Below, one piece after another: positions 48,166 to 58,300 of a DNA stretch of 64,000 nt. Positions within the stretch are counted from its first letter, which is position 1. Each line of letters opens with the position of its first letter. This DNA is from an uncultured Parachlamydiaceae bacterium. GTDB lineage: Bacteria; Chlamydiota; Chlamydiia; Chlamydiales; Parachlamydiaceae. The translations under genes and the position numbers were made by a program. The notes below the pieces were generated by a model. That model was not told the origin of the DNA and did not search any database. It saw only the letters and a program-made list of their open reading frames with translations. The DNA lies in the NCBI GenBank assembly GCA_963742415.1, contig CAVULX010000003.1:96001-160000 (forward strand), read 5' to 3'.

Positions 48166-49509
48166 TTACACCTGCATGGGGGGGATAGGTTGATGGTGGG
48201 GGTCTAACTTGGGATCTTTCAAAAGCAGCGTCAACTCCCTCTCTAGTTCGGGAGTAATAATATGTTCCATTTCTTCAGCGCTCCGATGGACCCTTTCAGC
48301 TCCCACTCCAAGATAATCGGCTAAATAAACCTCCCAGAGCCGATGCAATCTCACGATTTTTGCTGCCCATATTTCCCCTTCTTTGGTGAGACGGTATAGG
48401 CGAATTCCGGTTTCTTCTATCCATCCTTGACGAGATAATTTCATTAAAATGAATTTGAGATGATATTTATTTATGGCTTGATATTTCCTGATCTCCTCAA
48501 AATGGATCTCCTCTTCAGGGCCATTGCGCCATAGAGATTTCAAAATATTCTCGCTCAAGCATTGACTCCTAAAACGGACAATCCGATAGATTCTCCACAC
48601 CATCCCCCTTTCCGGCGCTAAAGCAAGCGATAAAAGGCAGAAGAAGGAGGCCACAAGCACAATCGCCGGACCTGTAGGGAGGGCTAGGCGGATACCGGGA
48701 TACTTCAAAGCTAAATAACGGGTCGCTTCAACCGAAAAATAGTTGCCTAAAAAGCCGCTCAAAAGCCCAAATAGGGCTGCCCATAAAAACATGACGTAGA
48801 GCTTATTAGTAAACTGCCTAGCCGCAGCTGCAGGGGCGATCAACATGGCAGACATTAAGACAACCCCGACTGAACGGATGCCGATGACAACAGCTAAAAC
48901 GATAAGAATAAAAACAAGAGTATTGATCGAACGGATCTTTATTCCTAGGGAACGGGCATAATCTTGATCAAAAGTCATCACTTGCAATTCTTTATAAAAC
49001 AGAAGCACCACCGCGAGCACAAAGAGGGATAAAAGAGCATAAATGACGATATGGATGTCGGTCATCGTCGCTGCTTGGCCGTAAAGGTAAATTTGGATTT
49101 TACGGTAGAGCGAAGTATAAATGAACTGCACCTGGCTTGCTAAGGTGAGGCCTATGCCAAAGAAGCAAGAAAGGACAAGGCATAGGGCAGAATCGTTTCT
49201 CACGCGATATTTTTGCACCAGAAATTGGATCGTCCATAACCCCGCCATAGAACTCAAAAAAGCACCTGTCATAATAAACAGCGCGATGATGGCATCGCCC
49301 GAATCTTCAAAATTCAGTCCCCCCGCAACAATGACCCCGAGAATTACACCGGGATAAGCGGAATGGGAGAGCGACTCACCTAATAAAGATTGTTTGCGCA
49401 AAAAAACGATGACACCGACGAGGGCGGCAGTCAAACACATGAGCATTGATCCAATAGTCGGAGCCCTCAGTACGGCATCTGTAAAATAAGAAAAAGGGGA
49501 ACCGATCAT
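48166..49509 (-). CDS. ytgC: metal ABC permease fused to DtxR-family repressor (YtgC-YtgR)
   Basis: ABC-3 permease (SLLGESLSH) plus C-terminal LTKEG...RLHRLWEVYL...AEEMEH...DPHHQPIP; start at ATG 49509. Confidence 0.9.
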   Translation of the reverse strand: MIGSPFSYFTDAVLRAPTIGSMLMCLTAALVGVIVFLRKQSLLGESLSHSAYPGVILGVIVAGGLNFEDSGDAIIALFIMTGAFLSSMAGLWTIQFLVQKYRVRNDSALCLVLSCFFGIGLTLASQVQFIYTSLYRKIQIYLYGQAATMTDIHIVIYALLSLFVLAVVLLFYKELQVMTFDQDYARSLGIKIRSINTLVFILIVLAVVIGIRSVGVVLMSAMLIAPAAAARQFTNKLYVMFLWAALFGLLSGFLGNYFSVEATRYLALKYPGIRLALPTGPAIVLVASFFCLLSLALAPERGMVWRIYRIVRFRSQCLSENILKSLWRNGPEEEIHFEEIRKYQAINKYHLKFILMKLSRQGWIEETGIRLYRLTKEGEIWAAKIVRLHRLWEVYLADYLGVGAERVHRSAEEMEHIITPELERELTLLLKDPKLDPHHQPIPPMQV

Positions 49510-49510
49510 C

Positions 49511-50293
49511 TCATAGCAACCCTGTTGTTTTGTGCTGCGACAATTTAAGCGCTTCATCGAAGAGCGCATAGCTTTTCCCAAAAGCAATATTTAATGTTTC
49601 GGGATTAAAAATTTGATGGACATTGCCATAGCCCACAAGCCGCATATTCAACAAAATGACCCAGTCAAAGTATTTTTCCACTGTATTAAGATCATGATGC
49701 ACCACAAAGATCGTTTTTCCCTCTTTTTTGAGCTGCCGCAAGACATTCATAATCGTTGTTTCGGTCGCTAAATCTATCCCCGCAAACGGTTCATCCATAA
49801 AATAGATCTCTGCTTCTTGAAGAAGAGCCCGAGCGAGAAAAACCCTTTGCTGCTGCCCCCCCGAAAGCTGACTAATTTGCCTTTGAGCATAGGCTCCCAT
49901 TCCCATTATCTCCAAATAGTGGTCGACAGCAGCCCTATCGGCTCTGCGAGGCCAATGGAAAAGGCCCAACTTGCCATACCGCCCCATCAAGGTCAAATCG
50001 CTTACGGTGATGGGAAAATCCCAATCGACCGATTCCCGCTGGGGAATATAGCCGATCCTGCCCCTGACCTCTTTCAGGGGCAAACCGAAAAATTCCACCT
50101 TACCCGATATCGGCTTGACCAGTCCCAAAACGGTTTTTATGAAAGTGCTCTTCCCGGCTCCATTTGGGCCGATGATCCCGACAAGTTTCCCGCGCGGAAT
50201 CTCGAGGGAAATATCCCACAAAACGGGGGTTTTATCGTAATTAACGCTCAATTGATGGACTTGAAGGGCAGGCGTATGATCTGGATGTTTCAT
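49511..50293 (-). CDS. ytgB: metal ABC transporter ATP-binding protein YtgB/TroB
   Basis: GPNGAGKST, LSGGQQQR, MDEPF, VHHDL. Confidence 0.93.
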   Translation of the reverse strand: MKHPDHTPALQVHQLSVNYDKTPVLWDISLEIPRGKLVGIIGPNGAGKSTFIKTVLGLVKPISGKVEFFGLPLKEVRGRIGYIPQRESVDWDFPITVSDLTLMGRYGKLGLFHWPRRADRAAVDHYLEIMGMGAYAQRQISQLSGGQQQRVFLARALLQEAEIYFMDEPFAGIDLATETTIMNVLRQLKKEGKTIFVVHHDLNTVEKYFDWVILLNMRLVGYGNVHQIFNPETLNIAFGKSYALFDEALKLSQHKTTGLL

Positions 50294-50306
50294 CGTTTCA
50301 CTGGGA

Positions 50307-51341
50307 TTAGGGATAATTATTCCATAGATAATGGGCTATGGTATTTGCATTGTGGGTCATCATTTTCATATAGGTGTCCCCATCGGATCCTGCCTTCCCC
50401 ATCGCATCGGCATATAAAAAGTCCCCGGCAATTTTGAGATTCAACCCTTTAGAAGTACCCGCTTCCACAATTTTCCGGATGGAGTCTTTACTTACATTAG
50501 ATTCTGGAAACAACATGTGAATTTGATGCATGCTTAAATAGTCGATGATAAATTGTATCTCAGCCACACTAAGCTGACTTTCCGGCGCTAACCCTTCAGG
50601 AGCCGCAAACCTTTTTTGCCAACTGTGGTCTTGGATCTCCTTATTCTCAGCCAAGTAAGATCTTGTAAAATAATTAAAAGCGTCATGGCTCGTGACCAAA
50701 TAACGTTGCTGTTCTGGAATTTCTTGCATCTTTGAACGGATTTCTTCATGAAGGTTTTCGAGGTCTTTTCCTAGCTTCGTCGCATTTTCATAGAAAAAGG
50801 CAGAATGGCTGGGATCCTTTTTTGCTAAGGCATCCGCGATATAAATAAGGGTGCGGCCCCACAACGAAACATCCATCCAAATATGGGGATCTAACTGCCC
50901 ATTATATGTAAGGATTAATTCTGGGTGCTCACGCTGCAATTGGTCCCCTAACCCGATGGCTTTGGAATTAGTTTCTAGATAGTGATGCAAACTGGGGCCA
51001 TGTTCTAAACCCAATCCATTATAAAAAATAATGTCGGCAAAGGCTAATTTTTCATCATCCCCTTTGACAAGTTGATAGGAATGGGGGTCCAGCTCCCCTT
51101 TAATAAGTGTAGTTGCATCGACATAATTTCCACCAATCCGCTTTATCATGTCATCAATCATGGCTATCGTGGATAGAACTTTTATCTTCCCATTCGGCTT
51201 CATCCACTCCTGACTTTTCTCTTGTACTCCACAAGAAACCGCACAAAAAAGAAAAACCAACATCAAAAGGAAGGTACGAAATTTGAACATCATCCCTATC
51301 CAATCTGTTTCCCTTTTTAGTCTAAAAAAATTGTTACGCAT
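50307..51341 (-). CDS. ytgA: metal ABC transporter substrate-binding lipoprotein YtgA/TroA
   Basis: AVSC lipobox, DPHSY, NGLGLE, DPHIW, SHDAFNYF; true start may be the MM 16 codons in. Confidence 0.92.
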   Translation of the reverse strand: MRNNFFRLKRETDWIGMMFKFRTFLLMLVFLFCAVSCGVQEKSQEWMKPNGKIKVLSTIAMIDDMIKRIGGNYVDATTLIKGELDPHSYQLVKGDDEKLAFADIIFYNGLGLEHGPSLHHYLETNSKAIGLGDQLQREHPELILTYNGQLDPHIWMDVSLWGRTLIYIADALAKKDPSHSAFFYENATKLGKDLENLHEEIRSKMQEIPEQQRYLVTSHDAFNYFTRSYLAENKEIQDHSWQKRFAAPEGLAPESQLSVAEIQFIIDYLSMHQIHMLFPESNVSKDSIRKIVEAGTSKGLNLKIAGDFLYADAMGKAGSDGDTYMKMMTHNANTIAHYLWNNYP

Positions 51342-51639
51342 TTTTCATCTTCCTCAAGGTGTCGAATATATAGATTCCGTTTGAGCATCCTGTTGTAAAT
51401 TGGATCCGTAATGCATACCTCCCAACATTAATAATGCGAATAGCCTTGACATTGGGATTAACATGCTTTTCATCAATCAATCGACGGCCCGTAAGTTCAT
51501 CGATACAATTAGCGCAAGGGCAGTTTTTTTGAAGTTCGCTCAACCTATGCTCAGATACTTCTCCATCATTCCATTCAATGACAAATGTAAAGTTGTCCTT
51601 TTGCATAATTTTTTTCAGCCAGATGGAAGAATTACTCAT
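51334..51639 (-). CDS. DUF971 (GBBH-like N-terminal) protein
   Basis: IEWNDG, CPCANC, VGRYALRIQF, GIY. Confidence 0.88.
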   Translation of the reverse strand: MSNSSIWLKKIMQKDNFTFVIEWNDGEVSEHRLSELQKNCPCANCIDELTGRRLIDEKHVNPNVKAIRIINVGRYALRIQFTTGCSNGIYIFDTLRKMKNA

Positions 51640-52502
51640 GAGCCCCCCATCTCTTTCCAGATTAATTCAAAAGAGGTCAGACATTCTTCCCTTTGGAGAG
51701 CAAGTCCGCTTACATGCTCAACAAGCTGTCCTGCAACGTCTAAAAATGCGCGGGCTGCTGGTAATTCAGTAGAATCTCCTGAAAAAATCGATTTCCCCAT
51801 ATCACTAAAACGGCATAATTCAGGATCAATGGGGATCGACCCCAAAAAAGGGACTCCACACTCTCTGGCCAAACGCTCCCCACCCCCTTTTCCAAAGATA
51901 TAAAGGGTTTCTTTCGATTGGGGATGGTCATAGTAACTCATATTTTCAACGACACCTATAATAGGAACTTGCACCTGATCAAACATATGGATCGCTTTCC
52001 TGACATCTAAAGTAGCCACAGCTTGAGGGGTTGTCACCATCAAAGCGCCTGTTAAATTCGTTTGCTGACTTAATGTTAATTGAACATCCCCAGTTCCCGG
52101 TGGAAAATCGATGAGGAGGTAATCCAGCTCCCCCCAATCAACATTCCGAATAAACTGAAAAATCAGGCCATTGGCAATGGGAGCTCGCACAACCGCCGCT
52201 TCATGTTCTTTCCGAAAATAAGCCATGGAAATCATTTTGATCCCTTTGGATAAAGCAGGAATAATCATCTCCCCTTTTTGGAGAGGCATTCTATCTTCCG
52301 GCAACATTTTACGCACAGAGGGCCCATAAATATCAGCATCCATCAACCCAACCTGATACCCTTTCTGCTTCAAAGCAAGCCCCAAATTAACAGCAACTGT
52401 GGACTTCCCCACTCCCCCTTTTCCTGCGGCAATAGCAATGACATGTTTAACTTTATTCAATGGATTATTTTTTTCGTTTTTCTGAATGATTTTAAGAGGC
52501 AT
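51636..52502 (-). CDS. mrp: Mrp/ApbC/NBP35 Fe-S cluster carrier ATPase
   Basis: GKGGVGKST, DADIYGPS, DFPPGTGD, VTTPQ, GVVENMS; start at ATG 52502. Confidence 0.92.
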   Translation of the reverse strand: MPLKIIQKNEKNNPLNKVKHVIAIAAGKGGVGKSTVAVNLGLALKQKGYQVGLMDADIYGPSVRKMLPEDRMPLQKGEMIIPALSKGIKMISMAYFRKEHEAAVVRAPIANGLIFQFIRNVDWGELDYLLIDFPPGTGDVQLTLSQQTNLTGALMVTTPQAVATLDVRKAIHMFDQVQVPIIGVVENMSYYDHPQSKETLYIFGKGGGERLARECGVPFLGSIPIDPELCRFSDMGKSIFSGDSTELPAARAFLDVAGQLVEHVSGLALQREECLTSFELIWKEMGGS

Positions 52503-52880
52503 AATGGACACAGAATTAAATTTGAATTCACCATGTTACAAATTGATAGTGGAATGATGCAAGTAAAAATTACAGATGATTACGATTACCCAACTATAAT
52601 TTCCCCCCTGATTGCCGAGATTTCAGATTATATATATAAAAAATCTTGCGATTTTAACTTGCATGAAAATCATAGAAATCTATAAATTTCCAATAATAAA
52701 GTAAGAACAATTGCAAGCTATAACGTAAATTTGCAATTGAAAAGAACTAAGTTTAGACTGCAGTAAGAGAATTATTCTCACTGAAACTAATCGCTGAATA
52801 GGCTACAAATAAAAGCACACTCAGCACAATTAACAACTTTAAATAACAGAAATCATATCAAAACAAAAGGATGGTCAACA

Positions 52881-53393
52881 ATGGCGCTTACTCAAGAGAA
52901 GCATGATACAAGGCAATTGGAATCTCTCATTAATCACGCTGTAAAAAAAATTGGTGGTAAAAAAGAAAATGATATTTGTCGTTATCTACCAATCAATACG
53001 GGTGGCTATATTCACCATTTTACTATGCGTAAAATGAAAACAGAAAGCCCTGAACAACTCCACGCCCTCATTTCAAAGTATATCCTCAACACCGATAAAC
53101 CTATAACAGTTCCCCCAAAACCAAGAGCCGCCCGCGGTTCAAGAAAACGGCGCGACCAATTGCTGTTTTCTAAGCACGATATCGAACAAATGCTCTCCCT
53201 CGCTCGTGCAGCAGGAAATAAAGATATGGTGCGCAAATTGACACCGCGAAAAGATCTCCGCACAATTAAACGGGAGTTAATCGCTTCCATCCGCCATGGC
53301 AAAGTGGACCAGGATTTGTGGCAATCTTATGTTGAAGCTATTGCTGCTCTAGCTGCAATCTCTACACCCAATGGCATACCTGCTTTTGCTTAA
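52881..53393 (+). CDS. ddbA: Chlamydiae-conserved basic protein, CT066/DdbA-like DNA-binding protein
   Basis: ICRYLP..GGYIHHFT, PRAARGSRKRR; position between ytgA and the translocase matches the chlamydial CT065-CT070 order (recalled, not searched). Confidence 0.6.
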   Translation: MALTQEKHDTRQLESLINHAVKKIGGKKENDICRYLPINTGGYIHHFTMRKMKTESPEQLHALISKYILNTDKPITVPPKPRAARGSRKRRDQLLFSKHDIEQMLSLARAAGNKDMVRKLTPRKDLRTIKRELIASIRHGKVDQDLWQSYVEAIAALAAISTPNGIPAFA

Positions 53394-53418
53394 ATTTAGG
53401 GTAAGATGAACTAACTTG

Positions 53419-53454
53419 AACCCTCGAGATAAAAAATCTCGAGGGTTTTTTTTT
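53419..53454 (+). terminator. intrinsic terminator
   Basis: AACCCTCGAGAT-loop-ATCTCGAGGGTT plus T-run. Confidence 0.9.
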
Positions 53455-53679
53455 GCTTGCCCGGGACGAAAGCAGGCTCAGTGGATATTCAATGAAACCC
53501 GTCCATCAGTCCACTTCGTCCACCCCCCTTTTTCCAATTAAAATCATTTGGCTTGCCTTTTTTAAGGATTCGTGTTAAACTCCTTTTTTAAGAATTTTTC
53601 TTATTTAAAAATCGAATCTTTTGAACTGCTGCATTCAAGCATCATAAGGTTCAAGAACAATATTTAGAGGATTAAAAAT

Positions 53680-55233
53680 ATGTCGCAAGAGATTAAACCT
53701 GAATTTAATACATTGCGAGCTTTCTTTTGGCCGGTGCATTCATACGAGCTTAAAAAGATTCTCCCAATGTTTATCATGTTTCTTTTAATTTCTTTTAATT
53801 ACACCATTCTGCGAGATACTAAGGATACACTCGTTGTCTCTTTTTCCGGAGCTGAAACGATCCCCTTCTTAAAGGTCTATGGTGTGGTTCCTTTCGCCGT
53901 GTTGTACATGCTTGTCTACGCAAAACTAAGCAACATTTTAAGCAAAGAAATGCTCTTTTACGCCGCTATCGCACCCTTTATCATCTTCTTCGCCCTCTTT
54001 GCATGGGTGCTTTATCCGAATAAAGAGCTTCTCCATCCTGTAGCTTCTGCAGATTACCTGAGATCTTTACTGCCAACCGGCTTGGCTGGCTTAGTCTCTT
54101 GCTATAGAGATTGGACCCTTTCCCTCTTCTATATATTGTCTGAATTGTGGGGAAGCGCCGTTCTCTCCCTCATGTTTTGGGGCTTTGCCAACGAAATCAT
54201 GCGTATTACTGAAGCCAAAAGGATCTACACACTTCTTGGCGTCGGCGCCAACATTGCACTTCTGATTTCAGGTAAAATCGTGAAGTATTTTTCCCTCGTC
54301 ACCAAAGGGCTGCCAGAAGAAATGGCATGGCAATATAGCTTAAATTATCTCATATCCCTTGTGATCATAGCCGCTCTTTGCATCATCGCCATCTACTGGT
54401 GGATGAATCGTCAAGTCCTTTCAGACCCACGCTACTACGAGCCCGCTGAAGAGAAAAAAGGGAAAAAATCAAAACCCAAAATGGGTCTCTTTGAAAGCTT
54501 CGCTTTCTTAGCAAAATCAAGATACATTCTTTTAATCACTATCTTGGTAATCTCATACGGGATTTGCATCAACCTGGTTGAGGTCACCTGGAAAAGCCAA
54601 CTCAAACTAGCCTACCCCAATAAAAACGACTACAACGCCTTTATGGGAGACTTTTCATTCACGACCGGAGGGATCACGATTTGCATGATGCTCTTCGGCG
54701 GATGGCTTCTCCGTAAACGTGGATGGGGTTTTGCCGCAATGATCACCCCGATCGTGTTGTTGGTTACAGGGTGCGGCTTCTTTGCCTTTATCCTGTTCCG
54801 TGAAAATTTACAGGGTGTTATCGGCGCTCTAGGCACCACTCCTCTCATCTTGGCTGTTTATTTTGGTATGGCGCAAAATATTATGAGCAAATCAACGAAA
54901 TACTCTTTATTTGATCCCACAAAAGAGATGACCTACATCCCCTTGGATCAAGAATCGAAAGTAAAAGGGAAAGCAGCCATCGACGTGGTCGGTGCACGAT
55001 TGGGTAAATCGGGAGGATCTTTCATCCAACAAGGCCTCTTATTGGCTTTCGGAAGCATCGCAGCTATTACCCCCTATGTGGCTATCGCCATGATCTTCGT
55101 TATCGGAGCCTGGTTGGTGGCTGTAAAAGCCTTGAACAAACGGTTCTTAGCTCTAACGGATAAAACAGCCCAACAACCCACAGCAGCACCGCTCAAAGCT
55201 TCAGTAAGCGCAACTGCCGGAACAGCAAGCTAA
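53680..55233 (+). CDS. tlcA: nucleotide transporter NTT/TLC family, likely ADP/ATP translocase Npt1
   Basis: FNYTILRDTKD, SELWG, FWGFAN, KYSLFDPTKEMTYIPLD, GKAAIDVVGARLGKSGG. Confidence 0.93.
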   Translation: MSQEIKPEFNTLRAFFWPVHSYELKKILPMFIMFLLISFNYTILRDTKDTLVVSFSGAETIPFLKVYGVVPFAVLYMLVYAKLSNILSKEMLFYAAIAPFIIFFALFAWVLYPNKELLHPVASADYLRSLLPTGLAGLVSCYRDWTLSLFYILSELWGSAVLSLMFWGFANEIMRITEAKRIYTLLGVGANIALLISGKIVKYFSLVTKGLPEEMAWQYSLNYLISLVIIAALCIIAIYWWMNRQVLSDPRYYEPAEEKKGKKSKPKMGLFESFAFLAKSRYILLITILVISYGICINLVEVTWKSQLKLAYPNKNDYNAFMGDFSFTTGGITICMMLFGGWLLRKRGWGFAAMITPIVLLVTGCGFFAFILFRENLQGVIGALGTTPLILAVYFGMAQNIMSKSTKYSLFDPTKEMTYIPLDQESKVKGKAAIDVVGARLGKSGGSFIQQGLLLAFGSIAAITPYVAIAMIFVIGAWLVAVKALNKRFLALTDKTAQQPTAAPLKASVSATAGTAS

Positions 55234-55261
55234 ATTCCATCAATGCGATCCAATCGAATGC

Positions 55262-55287
55262 AAAACCCGGGGCCTTCCCCGGGTTTT
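55262..55287 (+). terminator. intrinsic terminator
   Basis: AAAACCCGGGG-CCTT-CCCCGGGTTTT. Confidence 0.85.
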
Positions 55288-55382
55288 CTGCTTACTTGCA
55301 TTTTTCCTCTTTTCACTTTTTTTCTTGTCTGATATGCTGTTCCCTTATCTCACATAGCTTTTAAATAAGGACAACATCCGCT

Positions 55383-58300
55383 ATGCAAAAACAACAACGC
55401 TGGCAACTTTATGTGATTTTGGCTGTGATCATTTTGACCCTGTACAATATCATGCCAACCATTTTCTTTTATACAAAACCACTTAAACAGCCCATTGGCC
55501 AAGAACAGGCCCATGAAGTCGCCCTCTCCATTGTGGCGCGGGTTGACCAACTTGAAAACGATGCAAAAGAATGGTTAAAGGCATTTTGCAAACTTCTTGG
55601 CATTAAACCCTTGTCTGTTGAGCTCAAAGAAAAAGACCCCAGAATGATTGAAATCGCTTTCAATTCTTCTGCAGATGCCGAGTTATTTAAACGTTTCTTG
55701 CCAAAGGCCGGGGAATTAATCCCATTTGTTCCTTCCCAGTTGGAACTTGAGTCCTCTTCTAAAGACGACACCAGCAATAAGGCTGTAGTTATCCGCCAAA
55801 TCGGAGTACACTTAGATCCCGCGAATGTGGACAAGTTATTTACCTTTACGCCGAAACACAATGCCGACGGAGAGATCTCCCCCTTCTACCAGTCGCTGAT
55901 CAATGACCGGATCGCACAACTGGCCATCGCATTCGGCGGAACAAGGCCGACAGCTTCCCAAATGTTGGCATCCATCCAAAATCCCACAGACAGCCGTCTG
56001 GATGATATAATCATTTCTCTAGCTAAAGAAATCGTGGAGATTAATGACAACCTGGCTAAAGACAGCCCCATCACGAAACGGTATTTTGCATCCTTTGCTC
56101 AAAATCAACAGGAAGATAGCACGCAAGCGATCCAAAAATTTCTGACGCGCGCTGAAACTCTTAAAACCAAAATCGGAACACAGATCGATACCTTGCTCAA
56201 AAAACAAAAAGCCCTCAAAGACAAAGGGGAGTTTCTAGACTCAGAGCAGCAACAACTTCTCACTCTTTTGGAAAACCACCGCAGCGCCCTCGAAAATGGG
56301 ATTGCGATTATCCGGAAAAATTCAGCCGATTTTAAATCGATTCCCCCTTTAAATGAAGCCTCGGCAGCAGCTTTAATCAGCAAAAGCGGACAGTCAATTA
56401 AGGATAATAAGCAAATTATAAGCCTAGAAGGGCATAATCCCTTTATCCAAGCGCTGGTCGTCGACTGGAGCAACGATAAGATTTATCTACAGTTCTATAA
56501 AGACGTTCAAGAGATTCTTAAAAGCGAAAATACCACAGAAAATCAAGCCTTCCAAAAAGAAAAACTCAACCAGTTTATCATCAACGATATTGCCCGTGCT
56601 TCCCGGTTAACAGAGGAAAAACTAATTCCCGATGAAAACACCTATTCGGTAAATCTAAATAATCTCACGAATGCCACAGGATTCCTCTCCTTAAACCTAG
56701 GACCCTTAGCAGAAATTCAAAGCAACCAAATATTGGATCAACTTCTGATCCAATGGCTGCCCCAACACACCGACTTAGTTCGCGCGGTTTATCCTATCCA
56801 AGATTATAGAACTTATAAAGGATTAAAGCCCGAAGAACAAAAACTTGGTCTTGTGGTGTATGCTCCAGCAATGGAGGAGACACCGCCGCCTGCAGGGTTC
56901 AGAAATGGATCCCTGTATGTCATTGCGCGAGGCATGGATCCAATCATCAAAAAATTCCAGCAAACTCCTGAATCCACCGAAAGCCAAACATTTATACAAG
57001 ACATCAACCAACTCACCGCCTTGTTACAGCAGAGCGGCTTTATAGGATATCCAGGCTCTTCCTACGGGATAGCCCCCGAATTCAGTAAAGATTATATCTT
57101 TGAGCTCGATGATTATTACTCCAAGTTAATCAAAGCTACTCGGGAAGACTTTCATGCTCAAGGCAGCAAACGTTATGCCGTCCTCGATTTCACCGATGTC
57201 GAACAGCGCATTCTCGCCCTCAATAAAATCGACGACCAAATTCAAGAAGATCTGTTGAAATGGAAAGATGAATACCATGCCGCACAAGTAGATACGAACG
57301 TTACCAGCCGCTATCTCGTCCCCGCTCCCACAAAAAATGTTTTTTGGGAAAATTTCAAGCTAAGCTTCATTAAATATTTCCGCGGCGATGACCGCAAAAT
57401 TCTGAAATGGGGTCTCGACCTTTCCGGCGGTAAAACGGTCCGGATCGGATTGCGGGATCAAAATGGGAAGCCGGTCACAAATCCGGATGACTTGAACCAA
57501 GCTGTCAATGAGCTTTACACTCGAATCAATAAAATGGGGGTCTCCGAACGAACAATCCGGGTCGAAGGGGAAAATATCATTCTCGACTTCCCAGGTTCCC
57601 AAGACCTTTCCGCTACAGAGCTTATCAAAGCCTCCGCCATGTATTTCCACGTCGTCAACGAAAAGTTTAGCCCCCGCAACCCCATACTCAGAGAATCTGT
57701 CAATCAATTCTTACAGAATGTGTGGAATGAAGCGGTCGTCACCAATCGAAAAGATATTGATAGCATCAATGAAATTGCATGGAAACATCTGGGGGGAGAC
57801 AGTCAGGAAAAAACGGAATTTCCCCGTAGCGATTATGCCACCCTTTTATACGATCATGGCTTGCGCTTAGCCAATCCGAAAGACAAATCCATAAGCCACG
57901 ATTTCAACGATACCCTTTCCTCTATTGGCATGATGCGTGGAAACGATTTTTCTGATTGGAACCAACAAACCCATCCACTGGTCGTGATCTTCCACAATTA
58001 TGCTTTAGAAGGTTCCAACCTCACAAATATCCAAGTCGGATACGATCCAAGTGAAGGAAATATCTTGACATTCAGTGTCAAACGATCCTACGAAGGCTCC
58101 CAAGGAAAAGGGGGAAGCCCGCGCGATGATTTCTACACATGGACTTCCCAATTTTCTGAAGACAAAATTGCAGGGACGCCTAAAGAAGCCTATTCGCAAG
58201 GGCAAGGATGGCGCATGGCGGTGATCCTCAATGGTGTTATCGTGAGCCAGCCTGCTTTAAAAGCTGCTTTGCGTGACGGTGCTACCATTAGCGGACGGTT

